A stretch of 64,000 nucleotides of DNA from a virus, in IMG/VR virus record IMGVR_UViG_3300044627_003356. One strand, written 5' to 3'. A program made the translations under genes and the position numbers. Shown piece by piece: positions 8,631-17,697 of this stretch (within the stretch, counting starts at the first letter, position 1; every line of letters begins with the position of its first letter). The notes under the pieces were generated by a model that worked only from the letters and a program-made list of their open reading frames with translations, ran no database searches and was not told the origin of the DNA.

Positions 8631-9209
8631 TTAAAGTTTCCACACCCATTGGTAACCAGTATATATTCTTTCTTTGCCAATCAAATCCATAAATTCTTTT
8701 ACATAACCACCTTTACCAACGGTGTCAAAGTTATCATCAACACAAATCATGGTGCCTTCTCTGAGGCATGGCATAATAGCGGTCAGTTCAAAGATGTGGT
8801 GTAATGAGGATGGATGTGGATTGTCCATATCAAAGTCAAACGAATCCAAATACAGTAAATCAATCTTACGATTCTGTGCTACCCATATTTTAGAATGATT
8901 GTATAAAAACTTTACAGAATCGGAACAAGTCAGATTGGCTTTCTTGGCCGTAGCGGCTGCAAATCGAACATTCTCAGAATTAATATCTACCGAATAGAAT
9001 TCACCACCATGATAATCAACAAAGGTATCAAAGATGGTGGTAGACATACCATCACCTTCAAAATTGTTTTCTTGTCGAGCACAACCAGTTTCTACAATCA
9101 GTGGTTCATGGATTGGCATGACATGATTGAGCATCAAAGCAAAAGACGGCGCCCGTTTAGTTGTTTTGTTAACGAGGTCCGTCAGGTGTTGTATTTGTTC
9201 TTCGGTCAT
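8631..9209 (-). CDS. class I SAM-dependent methyltransferase
   Basis: IVETG motif I, YSVDI, IDLLYLDS, ICVDD motifs. Confidence 0.8.
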   Translation of the reverse strand: MTEEQIQHLTDLVNKTTKRAPSFALMLNHVMPIHEPLIVETGCARQENNFEGDGMSTTIFDTFVDYHGGEFYSVDINSENVRFAAATAKKANLTCSDSVKFLYNHSKIWVAQNRKIDLLYLDSFDFDMDNPHPSSLHHIFELTAIMPCLREGTMICVDDNFDTVGKGGYVKEFMDLIGKERIYTGYQWVWKL

Positions 9210-9264
9210 AATGTATAGGTGTGAAAGGTGTATGCTACCAAGATAATAGAAATAATAACTAGTA

Positions 9265-9651
9265 TTACTGTGAGCGTTGTTTCCATAATTCCTCGCAAAT
9301 TGATTTTTTGTCAGCTAACGATAAACAATCTTCCATAAACTCTTTTTGTTCTTTACTTATCTGTGTCACAACAGGTTGCACAGGTTCAGGTTTTACTTCT
9401 ACTTTTGGTGGTGGCGTTTCATCAATCACCACAGGCGGTGCAGTTTTGGCAATTACACTTAGAGGTTCAGGTGTGCCTTCTGACCGTGAGAATACAAAGA
9501 TAATCACAAGCGCAAAGAAACCTGCCAACAAAAATTTCCAATACATTACACAGATAATACCAATACCAATGGCAATTATCGAAAAGATGATAATTGTTTC
9601 TAGTCGACCTTGTGTGATGCCTAAGGTCGATAGAATTGTATTATAGTCCAT
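9265..9651 (-). CDS. membrane protein with Pro-rich linker
   Basis: two N-terminal TM segments, C-terminal Cys pair. Confidence 0.75.
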   Translation of the reverse strand: MDYNTILSTLGITQGRLETIIIFSIIAIGIGIICVMYWKFLLAGFFALVIIFVFSRSEGTPEPLSVIAKTAPPVVIDETPPPKVEVKPEPVQPVVTQISKEQKEFMEDCLSLADKKSICEELWKQRSQ

Positions 9652-9653
9652 GA

Positions 9654-9899
9654 TTAAGATTTTTTACGTTTAGGGTCACAATGAACATTAATTGGTACTA
9701 ATACTTTACCATGAGGAGTAGTTTGTGTAACATACTCAACATAAGGTTTCATATCAGCATCTTCACATTCACCGACACCACGAATTACATCACGGCGTTC
9801 CATCTTTTCTACCTTTTCTGCACCAGCCACAGTCGGTGGGTTTGATGCACAAGCCGGTAGTAATAACAACGGTAATAACATAATAAGATACTTCTTCAC
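9654..9899 (-). CDS. putative lipoprotein
   Basis: signal peptide with lipobox LPAC. Confidence 0.7.
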   Translation of the reverse strand: MKKYLIMLLPLLLLPACASNPPTVAGAEKVEKMERRDVIRGVGECEDADMKPYVEYVTQTTPHGKVLVPINVHCDPKRKKS

Positions 9900-9953
9900 T
9901 TTAAATCTCCATTAATAAACATAATTAAAATATTATACTACAGGTGAATATAA

Positions 9954-10289
9954 TTAGCAACCAGTCCATCTAATTGTACCATATTCTTTTCGTATAACAT
10001 TACCACGAGGAAAGTTTTTAGCTGGTGCTTTCCAACTTGCCGCTTTCCATATATCACCAGTATTCAAGTCGATGAATGAATGGCAACTTCTTTGTTTCAA
10101 GGACGAACCACTATCGTACCAATGAAAGATTCTGACATACTTATTACCAGCTTCAAAGCCAGTAGTAAAACCTAAATCATTTTTGTATTCACACCTATTA
10201 CTATAAAATTGATAGTTGCTCTCAATGTATCTTTGGTATTCTTCAATATGTGGAAGAAGTTTTAAAAGTTTTTCACCTGATTTCGTCAT
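9954..10289 (-). CDS. conserved phage hypothetical protein
   Basis: GxKYxRI...HSFID..TGDIWKAASWKAPAK motif common in T4-like phages. Confidence 0.75.
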   Translation of the reverse strand: MTKSGEKLLKLLPHIEEYQRYIESNYQFYSNRCEYKNDLGFTTGFEAGNKYVRIFHWYDSGSSLKQRSCHSFIDLNTGDIWKAASWKAPAKNFPRGNVIRKEYGTIRWTGC

Positions 10290-10291
10290 AA

Positions 10292-10519
10292 TTAATCCTC
10301 AAATTGCCAACCTTCTGATTCTAACTGAGCACGACCAGCTGGCGTGGCTTTCATTTTATCCATGTGGTCATGTAATGAATTTATTTCGTGTTTCAACCAT
10401 TCAAGATTATACCATTGTTCGGTTGTATGATAACGAGGACGGAAATTAAAAATTGCTTTGTGGAAATCGGAATAATATCCTTGTAATTCTGCCACACTCA
10501 TGTTATCAAATTCACTCAC
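10292..10519 (-). CDS. hypothetical protein
   Basis: YSDFHK..FRPR motif; follows promoter. Confidence 0.7.
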   Translation of the reverse strand: MSEFDNMSVAELQGYYSDFHKAIFNFRPRYHTTEQWYNLEWLKHEINSLHDHMDKMKATPAGRAQLESEGWQFED

Positions 10520-10545
10520 TCAATTCATCTCCATAATTTAATACC

Positions 10546-10573
10546 ATTATAACACAACCAAGGATGGTGTCAA
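10546..10573 (-). promoter_or_regulatory. sigma70-like early promoter
   Basis: TTGACA-16nt-TATAAT. Confidence 0.75.
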
Positions 10574-10579
10574 CCAAGG

Positions 10580-10597
10580 TGTTGTTTTTTAGCAACA
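10580..10597. promoter_or_regulatory. palindromic box TGTTG-N8-CAACA
   Basis: TGTTGttttttagCAACA, 6 nt upstream of the -35. Confidence 0.65.
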
Positions 10598-10697
10598 CTA
10601 CTTACCACCTAGTGCCTGTATCAATTCGGTAATCAATTTTCTGGCCATAGAATCTGCCGTTGTCCAACACCTAATTCTTTTCAAATTGGTAACTAAA

Positions 10698-10979
10698 TCA
10701 TTCTGTGTCATAAATGCTTGACCAAATCTTTAGTTTTTCTTTTTTGTAATGTCTTGCTGCATTGATGGCGGTATCTGATAATACACATTGTTCTGTCAAA
10801 ATGTCAATCATCGCCAATACTTGGCCAACTTCCATTTGCAGTTCTTCTAATGTAGTTCCTGATTCTTCGGTTGGCCACCTAGATTCTGTACCAAAACGAA
10901 ATACTTTAGATGCAGCTTGGATTACTTCAGCACATTCTTCTTGTAATATTAATAGTGCCTCTTTTTGTTTCTCATTCAT
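10698..10979 (-). CDS. MazG-like nucleotide pyrophosphohydrolase
   Basis: ILQEECAEVIQAASKVFRFG and LxxEVGQV motifs. Confidence 0.75.
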   Translation of the reverse strand: MNEKQKEALLILQEECAEVIQAASKVFRFGTESRWPTEESGTTLEELQMEVGQVLAMIDILTEQCVLSDTAINAARHYKKEKLKIWSSIYDTE

Positions 10980-11238
10980 TATTATCTTCTTCAATAAACT
11001 TAATCACAGGCATATATTCTTCCACTTTTTTAAGTGCTTCCAATTTCGTGGCAGCAATTACTTTGCAAGTATATAAACCATCTTTCATACTAATCGTAAA
11101 TGGAACAACTCCATTTATAAACCATTCTTCTTTCACATAACACTTGATGTGCCATTCTCTGGCATTAAGGCATCGTTTAATCATTTCATCAGCGATCCTT
11201 TTAGGATCAAAATCATCCGCTTCAATAATATTAGACAT
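10972..11238 (-). CDS. hypothetical protein
   Basis: 88-aa ORF in coupled run. Confidence 0.7.
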   Translation of the reverse strand: MSNIIEADDFDPKRIADEMIKRCLNAREWHIKCYVKEEWFINGVVPFTISMKDGLYTCKVIAATKLEALKKVEEYMPVIKFIEEDNNE

Positions 11239-11434
11239 TTTCGTTCAATAATTGTTGGTTACGACCTTCGTTTAAAAATACTTCAACCATATGTTTAGCA
11301 TCAACTAATGTTTCTAATACATTCATCTTTCTATACAAACGGTCACCAATATACAACTCAACAACATAACAATGGTCATTATGAAAAATGTTGGCCTTTC
11401 TGTCAGGCCCATATTGTGTATGTAATAATTTCAT
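11231..11434 (-). CDS. hypothetical protein
   Basis: 67-aa ORF in coupled run. Confidence 0.65.
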   Translation of the reverse strand: MKLLHTQYGPDRKANIFHNDHCYVVELYIGDRLYRKMNVLETLVDAKHMVEVFLNEGRNQQLLNENV

Positions 11435-11628
11435 TCATTTTCTCCAAAAGCATATTTCATAGCATCCGCTTCTGCTTCTTCTTCGGTGTTATAAAATTCG
11501 GTTTTAAATAAATCGGACTCTTTAAAAAAATCCACAATATATGGTGCCATAATACACGATGCCACAAATAATATGTCGGCATGGCGGTGTCCTTGGGCAC
11601 CAAAAAAGGATACTAATTGTTCTATCAT
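11431..11628 (-). CDS. hypothetical protein
   Basis: 65-aa ORF in coupled run. Confidence 0.65.
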   Translation of the reverse strand: MIEQLVSFFGAQGHRHADILFVASCIMAPYIVDFFKESDLFKTEFYNTEEEAEADAMKYAFGENE

Positions 11629-13742
11629 GCTATCATTCCTATAAATCGGTTGAGAACAACACGGTTAGCGACACGACCACCAGCATACTTACTAAACGCA
11701 GATACTAGACCACGGGTGGTGGCATTTTCTTTTACTTCAAAAGTATTATCTTCTTCTGTATCTAATGCTTCAGAACGGAGAACATAATACTCATCAAAGC
11801 CAGCCGTAGTAACAACAGCAAATTTAGTTTTACGGAATGAAGCCTTGATTGTATCGTAATTTGCGGTGCGTGGATAGAATTCATAAATCTTACGACCAAA
11901 TTCACGACCAGAGATTACATAAAAACCTAACACATTACAATTGGTGCGAGCTTTCAATAACTTGACATATGCACCAGTATGACTAGCACAATTATATATG
12001 TTATCAACAATTTCTTGGTGCTTAGTCAATGGGTCACGAATAATCAAACCAAAATCTCTAATACCATAGTCTTTACCAATCCTGTGTAATTTGCCTTCTG
12101 TATTCTGGTCATAAGTCTGACGGAGTGAATGGCCTTCACCATCAGTTAAAAACACAGAATTTACAACTTGCAATTTGTATTGTTTCTGAAATGCGGGAAT
12201 AATTTCCATAGCGGCAATAACTGCTTCATTCAATGGTGTACCACCCATCGACATAAAGGTAGGAGTGTATCTCTGATGATTGGCCATGAATGTTAAAATC
12301 TTGGCCGCTTTGGTAAATTCACCAGCCGACATTTTGCTTGATAGCAGATTCATCAGGTAGAAAGGGTTACTTGCAATATCGCCTTTCTTTGGTGTAATTT
12401 CATACTGGTGTGCATTAAACGATTCTGGTGAAGCGAAAGCATACACATCATATGGAATGTTTACTTTCTTACAGAACATTACCAAACTGATTAATTGCTT
12501 CATGGTGTTTGCAAGATGGTCGTGCATTGAACCAGACCAGTCTAAGAACATAACAAGACCATGTGATTTACCATTCGGCACTACCGATATCTTTTTAAAG
12601 ATATCATCATTGAATTGATAAGAGAAAATCTTCTTCATATCAAGGTCGCCAGTTTTGGCCGTAGATGCACGTTTTAACTGGTCGGCATTTTTACGCAATT
12701 CAAATTCTTTAACAAGATAAGAAACCACCTTGCTCGTATCACGGCGCAGTTTATTATACTGACCATTTTCTGCTTTGTCAAAATTTAATGACCAGCGAGA
12801 ATATTCATCTTCAATTTTTGCATACAAAACCTTGTATGATAGAATACCTTTCTTCATATCAAATTTTGGAATGTTACCATACATATAATTGCTTGCATTT
12901 TCAGCAAACAACTTTTTCTCATTTTGTTTAAATGCTTCATCGGTGAAAGCACGAACATTATCTTGTTCTATTTCTTTATGGTTGAATCGGTCATCATTAC
13001 CAATAATTTCAGTATCTTCATCTTCACCATCGTCATAATCATCAGAAGCCTGTTTTGATCCAGATTCGGTTTCTTCGCCTTCTTCAGTTTCGTCACCAAA
13101 GTCATCGTCCCATTCGTTTGCAAAATCTTCACCATCATCACCATCCTCATAATCTTCGGAATCTGGCATATTGGCTTTACGCTCTTCTTCTTTTTGTTTC
13201 ATAAAAGCGAGAACTTTTTGAGCCACAACTAAAACATCATCATAACTTTCGGTAGATTCAATCTCATTGAGTAAATTTCTTTCTTCGGCATCAAAACGAA
13301 TACCGAGCATCGCACCACCTTTGCTGTGCATATTCACTCGGTCAACAAAATTCAATTCGTTTAAATCGACACCATTAGTGCCAAAGAAATTCTTTTGAGT
13401 TAATTCAACATATGCTTTTGTGAAAGATGAACGGAGGCCAGGATATTTGTATTTGACTTTCTTTTCAATACGAACATCTTCAATAACATTGGAAATGGAT
13501 TGTGGGATCTTTAAATCTCTGGCACGGAGAAGGCCAGATTCAGGAGTATAAAGTGCATGGCCAACTTCATGACCAACAAAAAGGTCATAAAGGTAACCAG
13601 AAATATTCTTATCTAATACAGGAATTGTCAAAACACGATTTTTGACATCAAAGCAAGCAGTAGGAACATTACGCTGTTCTACTACTAAGTTCTCGGTAGC
13701 CATCAATTTGGCTAAAAGTGATTTGGATTCAAGTAATTGCAT
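11625..13742 (-). CDS. metallopeptidase-like/VWA domain protein (CobT-like partner of MoxR ATPases)
   Basis: HEVGH zinc motif, acidic linker, MIDAS DWSGS, GGTPL, FLTDGE. Confidence 0.85.
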   Translation of the reverse strand: MQLLESKSLLAKLMATENLVVEQRNVPTACFDVKNRVLTIPVLDKNISGYLYDLFVGHEVGHALYTPESGLLRARDLKIPQSISNVIEDVRIEKKVKYKYPGLRSSFTKAYVELTQKNFFGTNGVDLNELNFVDRVNMHSKGGAMLGIRFDAEERNLLNEIESTESYDDVLVVAQKVLAFMKQKEEERKANMPDSEDYEDGDDGEDFANEWDDDFGDETEEGEETESGSKQASDDYDDGEDEDTEIIGNDDRFNHKEIEQDNVRAFTDEAFKQNEKKLFAENASNYMYGNIPKFDMKKGILSYKVLYAKIEDEYSRWSLNFDKAENGQYNKLRRDTSKVVSYLVKEFELRKNADQLKRASTAKTGDLDMKKIFSYQFNDDIFKKISVVPNGKSHGLVMFLDWSGSMHDHLANTMKQLISLVMFCKKVNIPYDVYAFASPESFNAHQYEITPKKGDIASNPFYLMNLLSSKMSAGEFTKAAKILTFMANHQRYTPTFMSMGGTPLNEAVIAAMEIIPAFQKQYKLQVVNSVFLTDGEGHSLRQTYDQNTEGKLHRIGKDYGIRDFGLIIRDPLTKHQEIVDNIYNCASHTGAYVKLLKARTNCNVLGFYVISGREFGRKIYEFYPRTANYDTIKASFRKTKFAVVTTAGFDEYYVLRSEALDTEEDNTFEVKENATTRGLVSAFSKYAGGRVANRVVLNRFIGMIA

Positions 13743-13768
13743 ATAAGCTCCTAACGATTAATATAACA

Positions 13769-13796
13769 ATTATACAGGAATCCTATATTCCGTCAA
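13769..13796 (-). promoter_or_regulatory. sigma70-like promoter
   Basis: TTGACG-16nt-TATAAT. Confidence 0.7.
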
Positions 13797-13812
13797 GCAT
13801 TTTCTTAGAAAG

Positions 13813-13830
13813 TGTTGTTTTTTAGCAACA
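13813..13830. promoter_or_regulatory. palindromic box TGTTG-N8-CAACA
   Basis: TGTTGttttttagCAACA, identical to the 10580 copy. Confidence 0.65.
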
Positions 13831-13985
13831 CCAGTGATTATTGATACATTTCCTTCATCTTTTGGTAGTCGGAAAGGTCTTTTTCGTGTTGAGATAGTAT
13901 TGCCCACTTGCGAGTTACGATATCCAAGCGTTTCCAAGCAGGAATTTCTTCATCATCTGCTCGTGCCGCTTCAAAAAATAGCATA

Positions 13986-14171
13986 TTATTTGACATTTTT
14001 CAAATCTTTCTCAAAAAAGTTGTGTTCAATCGCTGATGCAAGCTCATCGGCAAGCTTCGGATTGAATTTTACGAGAAAATAAGCAACATCTTCAGCAGGA
14101 ATATGCCTTAGATTGAATATAATCTCATCCATACCTCTATGTATTTGTGTTTCTTCCCATTGTGTTAACAT
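13986..14171 (-). CDS. hypothetical protein
   Basis: 61-aa ORF. Confidence 0.65.
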   Translation of the reverse strand: MLTQWEETQIHRGMDEIIFNLRHIPAEDVAYFLVKFNPKLADELASAIEHNFFEKDLKNVK

Positions 14172-14177
14172 AATTTC

Positions 14178-14348
14178 TCACATTTCATAATATTGTTCAA
14201 TTACAACGACATTTTTGCCTCGTTGTTTGGCTTTTCCTAGTGCCACCATGGATTGTAACTCAATTTGTTGTTCTTGGCAAGATAAGGATTCAAAATATTC
14301 CTGAAAATCGTACCACTCATCATCTGTCCAACCTTTTGGTGCTGACAT
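14178..14348 (-). CDS. hypothetical protein (56 aa)
   Basis: hand-translated MSAPKGWTDDEW...YYEM; GAGGAG RBS. Confidence 0.55.
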   Translation of the reverse strand: MSAPKGWTDDEWYDFQEYFESLSCQEQQIELQSMVALGKAKQRGKNVVVIEQYYEM

Positions 14349-14349
14349 A

Positions 14350-14694
14350 TCATCTCCTCATACTTGAAATTTCTTTGGCTTCAGTATCCGTGAATACCGG
14401 AACAGCATTAGACTTGTGCATTGTGCCAATGCCTTTCATTTTATCGCCAGTATAAGAATATTCCGTTTTTTTAACGCAAGGTATAAAACCTGTGTCAACG
14501 GATGCGTAATGGGGAGTTTCCCTGCCAGCAGGAATTCTAGGAGATGGTACAGATTTGGAAATAGTCGTGGACTTGGCATATTTGCAAATCCGTGGTATTT
14601 CTGAAATTGATTTTAACCAATCTTCGTGACGTTGTTTCACTAATTTTGGAACTTTGCGTTTTTTAGACTTCGGAATGTAACCGTATATAATCAT
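14350..14694 (-). CDS. conserved T4-like hypothetical protein
   Basis: YTG..GIGTMHKSNAVPV motif. Confidence 0.75.
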   Translation of the reverse strand: MIIYGYIPKSKKRKVPKLVKQRHEDWLKSISEIPRICKYAKSTTISKSVPSPRIPAGRETPHYASVDTGFIPCVKKTEYSYTGDKMKGIGTMHKSNAVPVFTDTEAKEISSMRR

Positions 14695-14721
14695 AATGTA
14701 ATCTCCCACTCGGAAATTACA

Positions 14722-14775
14722 AGTATACTACAGTTTAAGGAGAATGTCAAGAGATAGTGTTGTTTTTAAGACACA
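14722..14775 (-). promoter_or_regulatory. sigma70-like promoter with degenerate TGTTG-N8 box
   Basis: TTGACA-17nt-TATACT at 14722-14750; TGTTGtttttaagACACA at 14758-14775. Confidence 0.65.
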
Positions 14776-14883
14776 CATACCAGTACCTATGGTACCAAAG
14801 CTTTATTTCGAAAGCGGACACCGATACTTATGCTAAAAAAATTAAAAAATAGTGGAAATAATAAAATTTCTTATAATATGAAA

Positions 14884-15069
14884 TTAAAACCTGGTTGGCC
14901 AATCTTCCTTCTCAACCAATTTATGAGAATCTTCATATTCGTAATTTTTTAACTTCTTTACTTCTCCGTGTTCATCACGGCGTTTCTTACTGTGTAGAAC
15001 ATTTCTTGCGTAATCGTAATCATCAGAGTAATCTTTGTTTTTACGAAATTTACCTACAAATTTTGTCAC
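14884..15069 (-). CDS. hypothetical protein
   Basis: charged 61-aa ORF, GAGAGG RBS. Confidence 0.6.
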   Translation of the reverse strand: MTKFVGKFRKNKDYSDDYDYARNVLHSKKRRDEHGEVKKLKNYEYEDSHKLVEKEDWPTRF

Positions 15070-15078
15070 TTACCTCTC

Positions 15079-15450
15079 CTATTTCATCGTTTCAAAAGTT
15101 ATGCCTCTAATTTTAGTTTCGGGCATATTATGCATATCCATATTTGACACATAGGTAATGTCGGAATGTGGATAACAAATTTTTACTATTTTAAGTAGTT
15201 GGCAGACTGTACCATCAGAATCATTGAATGAGAATACTTCACCAACACATCTTATATTTTCAACAATCTCTCGGCGAGTATTGTAATTGTGAGTAAACCC
15301 ACCAAGAGCATAGACCATCCACCAATCTGAATGAACTCCTACGACCAACCAATCACCTTTTCTCCTGCACCGTTGGAGAAAGCGTAAATCGTTAGAATCT
15401 AACGGATCGAATTCACCAACTGTTACGATAATTCGTTCTTTGTCGTGCAT
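15079..15450 (-). CDS. cytidylyltransferase-like protein (RfaE2/TagD-like, degenerate HxGH)
   Basis: GEFDPL, LVVGVHSD motifs; HxGH replaced by DSND. Confidence 0.7.
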   Translation of the reverse strand: MHDKERIIVTVGEFDPLDSNDLRFLQRCRRKGDWLVVGVHSDWWMVYALGGFTHNYNTRREIVENIRCVGEVFSFNDSDGTVCQLLKIVKICYPHSDITYVSNMDMHNMPETKIRGITFETMK

Positions 15451-15873
15451 TTAGGGTAAAAGATTAGGGAACGCCTCTTTAACAAAATTATATGTCAAAC
15501 CTTTCACGCCTTGGTCTTTTTTGAAGATACCAATAATAACTTCAGCTTCACGAGGTTCTATTGATTCTAAAAGTTGAATTAATAGTTCGTTTTGTTTTCT
15601 TGGAGATAATTTTTCAGCTTCAGGATGTCCTTCTTGGAAAAGATACAACTTTCTAATTTCGGTGGAAAGTTGGCATCGAGATATTCCTGGTTTTGTATCA
15701 GGAGTTTTATAATTCTCTGGCATTTCTTTAATTTTCCATTTACACTCTGGATGAAATGTGAATTGTAACACATCTACCAAGGTCTTTGATAGATTTTTTT
15801 CAATTACTAACATTCGTTCTTTTTTAGTGGTTACAGCTTCAAATTCATCAAATACTTCATAGATATTTTTCAT
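15451..15873 (-). CDS. conserved T4-like hypothetical protein (usual rnh neighbour)
   Basis: FxxLLExIxPxEA-like motif, AFPNLL end. Confidence 0.75.
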   Translation of the reverse strand: MKNIYEVFDEFEAVTTKKERMLVIEKNLSKTLVDVLQFTFHPECKWKIKEMPENYKTPDTKPGISRCQLSTEIRKLYLFQEGHPEAEKLSPRKQNELLIQLLESIEPREAEVIIGIFKKDQGVKGLTYNFVKEAFPNLLP

Positions 15874-16721
15874 TAAAATTCCTCAATAACGTCCATTAAA
15901 TTCTTTAGTTTGTTTTCAATAAAATAATTTAACAGTTTTTGGCGAGATGCCGGTTTTGCTTCATTATATGTATTTATAATTTTTTCTTTGATATCGGTCG
16001 GTATTAAAGACAGGTCAATAAGTGTGGCATTTCTGGAATAGTTGGCTTTATCAGTTTCACTATAGTCAACCACATCTTCTTTAAGATACTTATCCAATAC
16101 ACTCTTGGTAATAGGTTTCTGTCGTAAGTCACGGACAAAGCAATCAGATGGTGAGAACATATTTGGAATACCGTCACCTTTATCACCACGAATAATCTTC
16201 TCTTTCAATTCTAAAGATGGATTATCAGATTTAACAAATTTCTTTTGTGCCGGATTATATTGTTTTACATTGCTGCCATAATATTGTAATTGTAAAAAAT
16301 CTCCATCGCTTGATAGAATTAAAATCTTCTCATGAGCCGAATAAATTGGTACAAGTGTACCAATGATATCATCCGCTTCAGCACCTTCAACATCAATCAC
16401 TTTGTATGGAAAGTTTTCACGCAGTTCAGATTTAAATTTGGCTAACATATCAAAAATCATATGCCAATCTAAATCAGACTTTTCTCTGGTCTTTTTACGA
16501 CCAGCTTTATAGAATGGGAAAAATTCTTTGCGCCAATATTTACGATTATCACAACATAATACAACATCACCATAATCTTTACGGAAATTACGAATGTGCA
16601 TACGGAGAATATTCAGAATCATGTGGCGAACCAGACCTTCGTCTAGTTTAACACCTTTTTGACTGGATATCTGTGCCATGAGGCCAGACAATAATACTTG
16701 ATTTAAATCAACGAGAATCAT
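15873..16721 (-). CDS. rnh: T4-like RNase H (5'-3' exonuclease)
   Basis: MILVDLNQ, YWRK..YK, EADDIIG, SSDGDFLQL, GDKGDGIPN motifs. Confidence 0.95.
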   Translation of the reverse strand: MILVDLNQVLLSGLMAQISSQKGVKLDEGLVRHMILNILRMHIRNFRKDYGDVVLCCDNRKYWRKEFFPFYKAGRKKTREKSDLDWHMIFDMLAKFKSELRENFPYKVIDVEGAEADDIIGTLVPIYSAHEKILILSSDGDFLQLQYYGSNVKQYNPAQKKFVKSDNPSLELKEKIIRGDKGDGIPNMFSPSDCFVRDLRQKPITKSVLDKYLKEDVVDYSETDKANYSRNATLIDLSLIPTDIKEKIINTYNEAKPASRQKLLNYFIENKLKNLMDVIEEF

Positions 16722-16758
16722 AACAAACTTTCAACAGTTTCAAAACTACATTATACTA

Positions 16759-17103
16759 TTATTTCTTCATCATGGCAAGCAGTTTATCCATGAGTTTATG
16801 TGACGTGGTAGTCTTTCTAGCAACTATGCCATAAAATCCACTTGGTATTAATCCTGAAATATATTCTAGAGGACAGGTGAGAATGGCTTCAAAGTTATCA
16901 ACATCATCATATTCTTCCGAATTTTCTTGACTATCACGAAATAGAACAATGTGATATAGTTTGCCTAAAGTATTACCACCAACATCTTCACCGGGGTTCG
17001 CATATTCGGATCCCATAATATTGATTTTGCCTTCCTCATCTCCTGATAGAAATGTGATAAAATCAAATTTGTCTTTTTTTAGTGGTTGTAGAAAGTCCAG
17101 CAT
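16759..17103 (-). CDS. hypothetical protein
   Basis: 114-aa acidic ORF. Confidence 0.7.
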   Translation of the reverse strand: MLDFLQPLKKDKFDFITFLSGDEEGKINIMGSEYANPGEDVGGNTLGKLYHIVLFRDSQENSEEYDDVDNFEAILTCPLEYISGLIPSGFYGIVARKTTTSHKLMDKLLAMMKK

Positions 17104-17509
17104 CTTTTTCCTTTATGTGAGTTTTTCTTACTCTAACCATAATCCATGTGTTGTAATATTCATCGCTTTCCAAAACTCCTCTGGTAAACTGTTCTTTTGC
17201 TTCCAAATAAGAACATTGACCTTTAGAGTGGCATAAATGAAGAATCTCACGGACAAAGTTATCGTGTCCGTATTGTAACACATCTTGTGTTAAGATGTCA
17301 CTACTTCCATAGTAAGTTTGCCAATTTGAACTGGCTTTGTACCGTTTCTTTTTACCTTTGACTTGTTTGGTTTTGGCAGAATAAAATAATTTCTTGCCTA
17401 TGTATTTTTTACCATTTGTCAGATTAGTTATCTGATACACGAACCCGTAATTATTACCAATCAAGTCTTCCGTAAAATCTTTACCATCATATTGCCAGTT
17501 TAGTCCCAT
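17063..17509 (-). CDS. GIY-YIG endonuclease, EndoII/DenA-like
   Basis: GFVY-x-ITN...YIGKK, YYGSS, YYN motifs; single short domain. Confidence 0.8.
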   Translation of the reverse strand: MGLNWQYDGKDFTEDLIGNNYGFVYQITNLTNGKKYIGKKLFYSAKTKQVKGKKKRYKASSNWQTYYGSSDILTQDVLQYGHDNFVREILHLCHSKGQCSYLEAKEQFTRGVLESDEYYNTWIMVRVRKTHIKEKDAGLSTTTKKRQI

Positions 17510-17688
17510 TCCTTAGTATCCAAATCATCGTCATCATCCTCTATATAGTCCTCGGACAATTCTTCGATTTGTTCACCACAGAATGGGCAATGTTCTGGTA
17601 ATTCTTGTGACACCATTTCTTCCATGAAAGAAACATTGTAGGTTGATTCACAACTCAGGCATTCGCCTGATAATGATTTGTTTGTCAT
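17500..17688 (-). CDS. zinc-ribbon protein
   Basis: CxxC...CPFCG with acidic tail. Confidence 0.75.
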   Translation of the reverse strand: MTNKSLSGECLSCESTYNVSFMEEMVSQELPEHCPFCGEQIEELSEDYIEDDDDDLDTKEWD

Positions 17689-17697
17689 TTAAACTCC

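Noticed and set aside
1979-14775. TGTTG-N8-CAACA as a CRP site responding to the phage cyclase
   Set aside because: Half-site and spacing differ from TGTGA-N6-TCACA; no sequence evidence links the two
17063-17509. Mobile homing endonuclease or intron at nrdB
   Set aside because: It is a short single-domain GIY-YIG protein in the denA-like position; nrdA, nrdB, thyX and gp43 are uninterrupted
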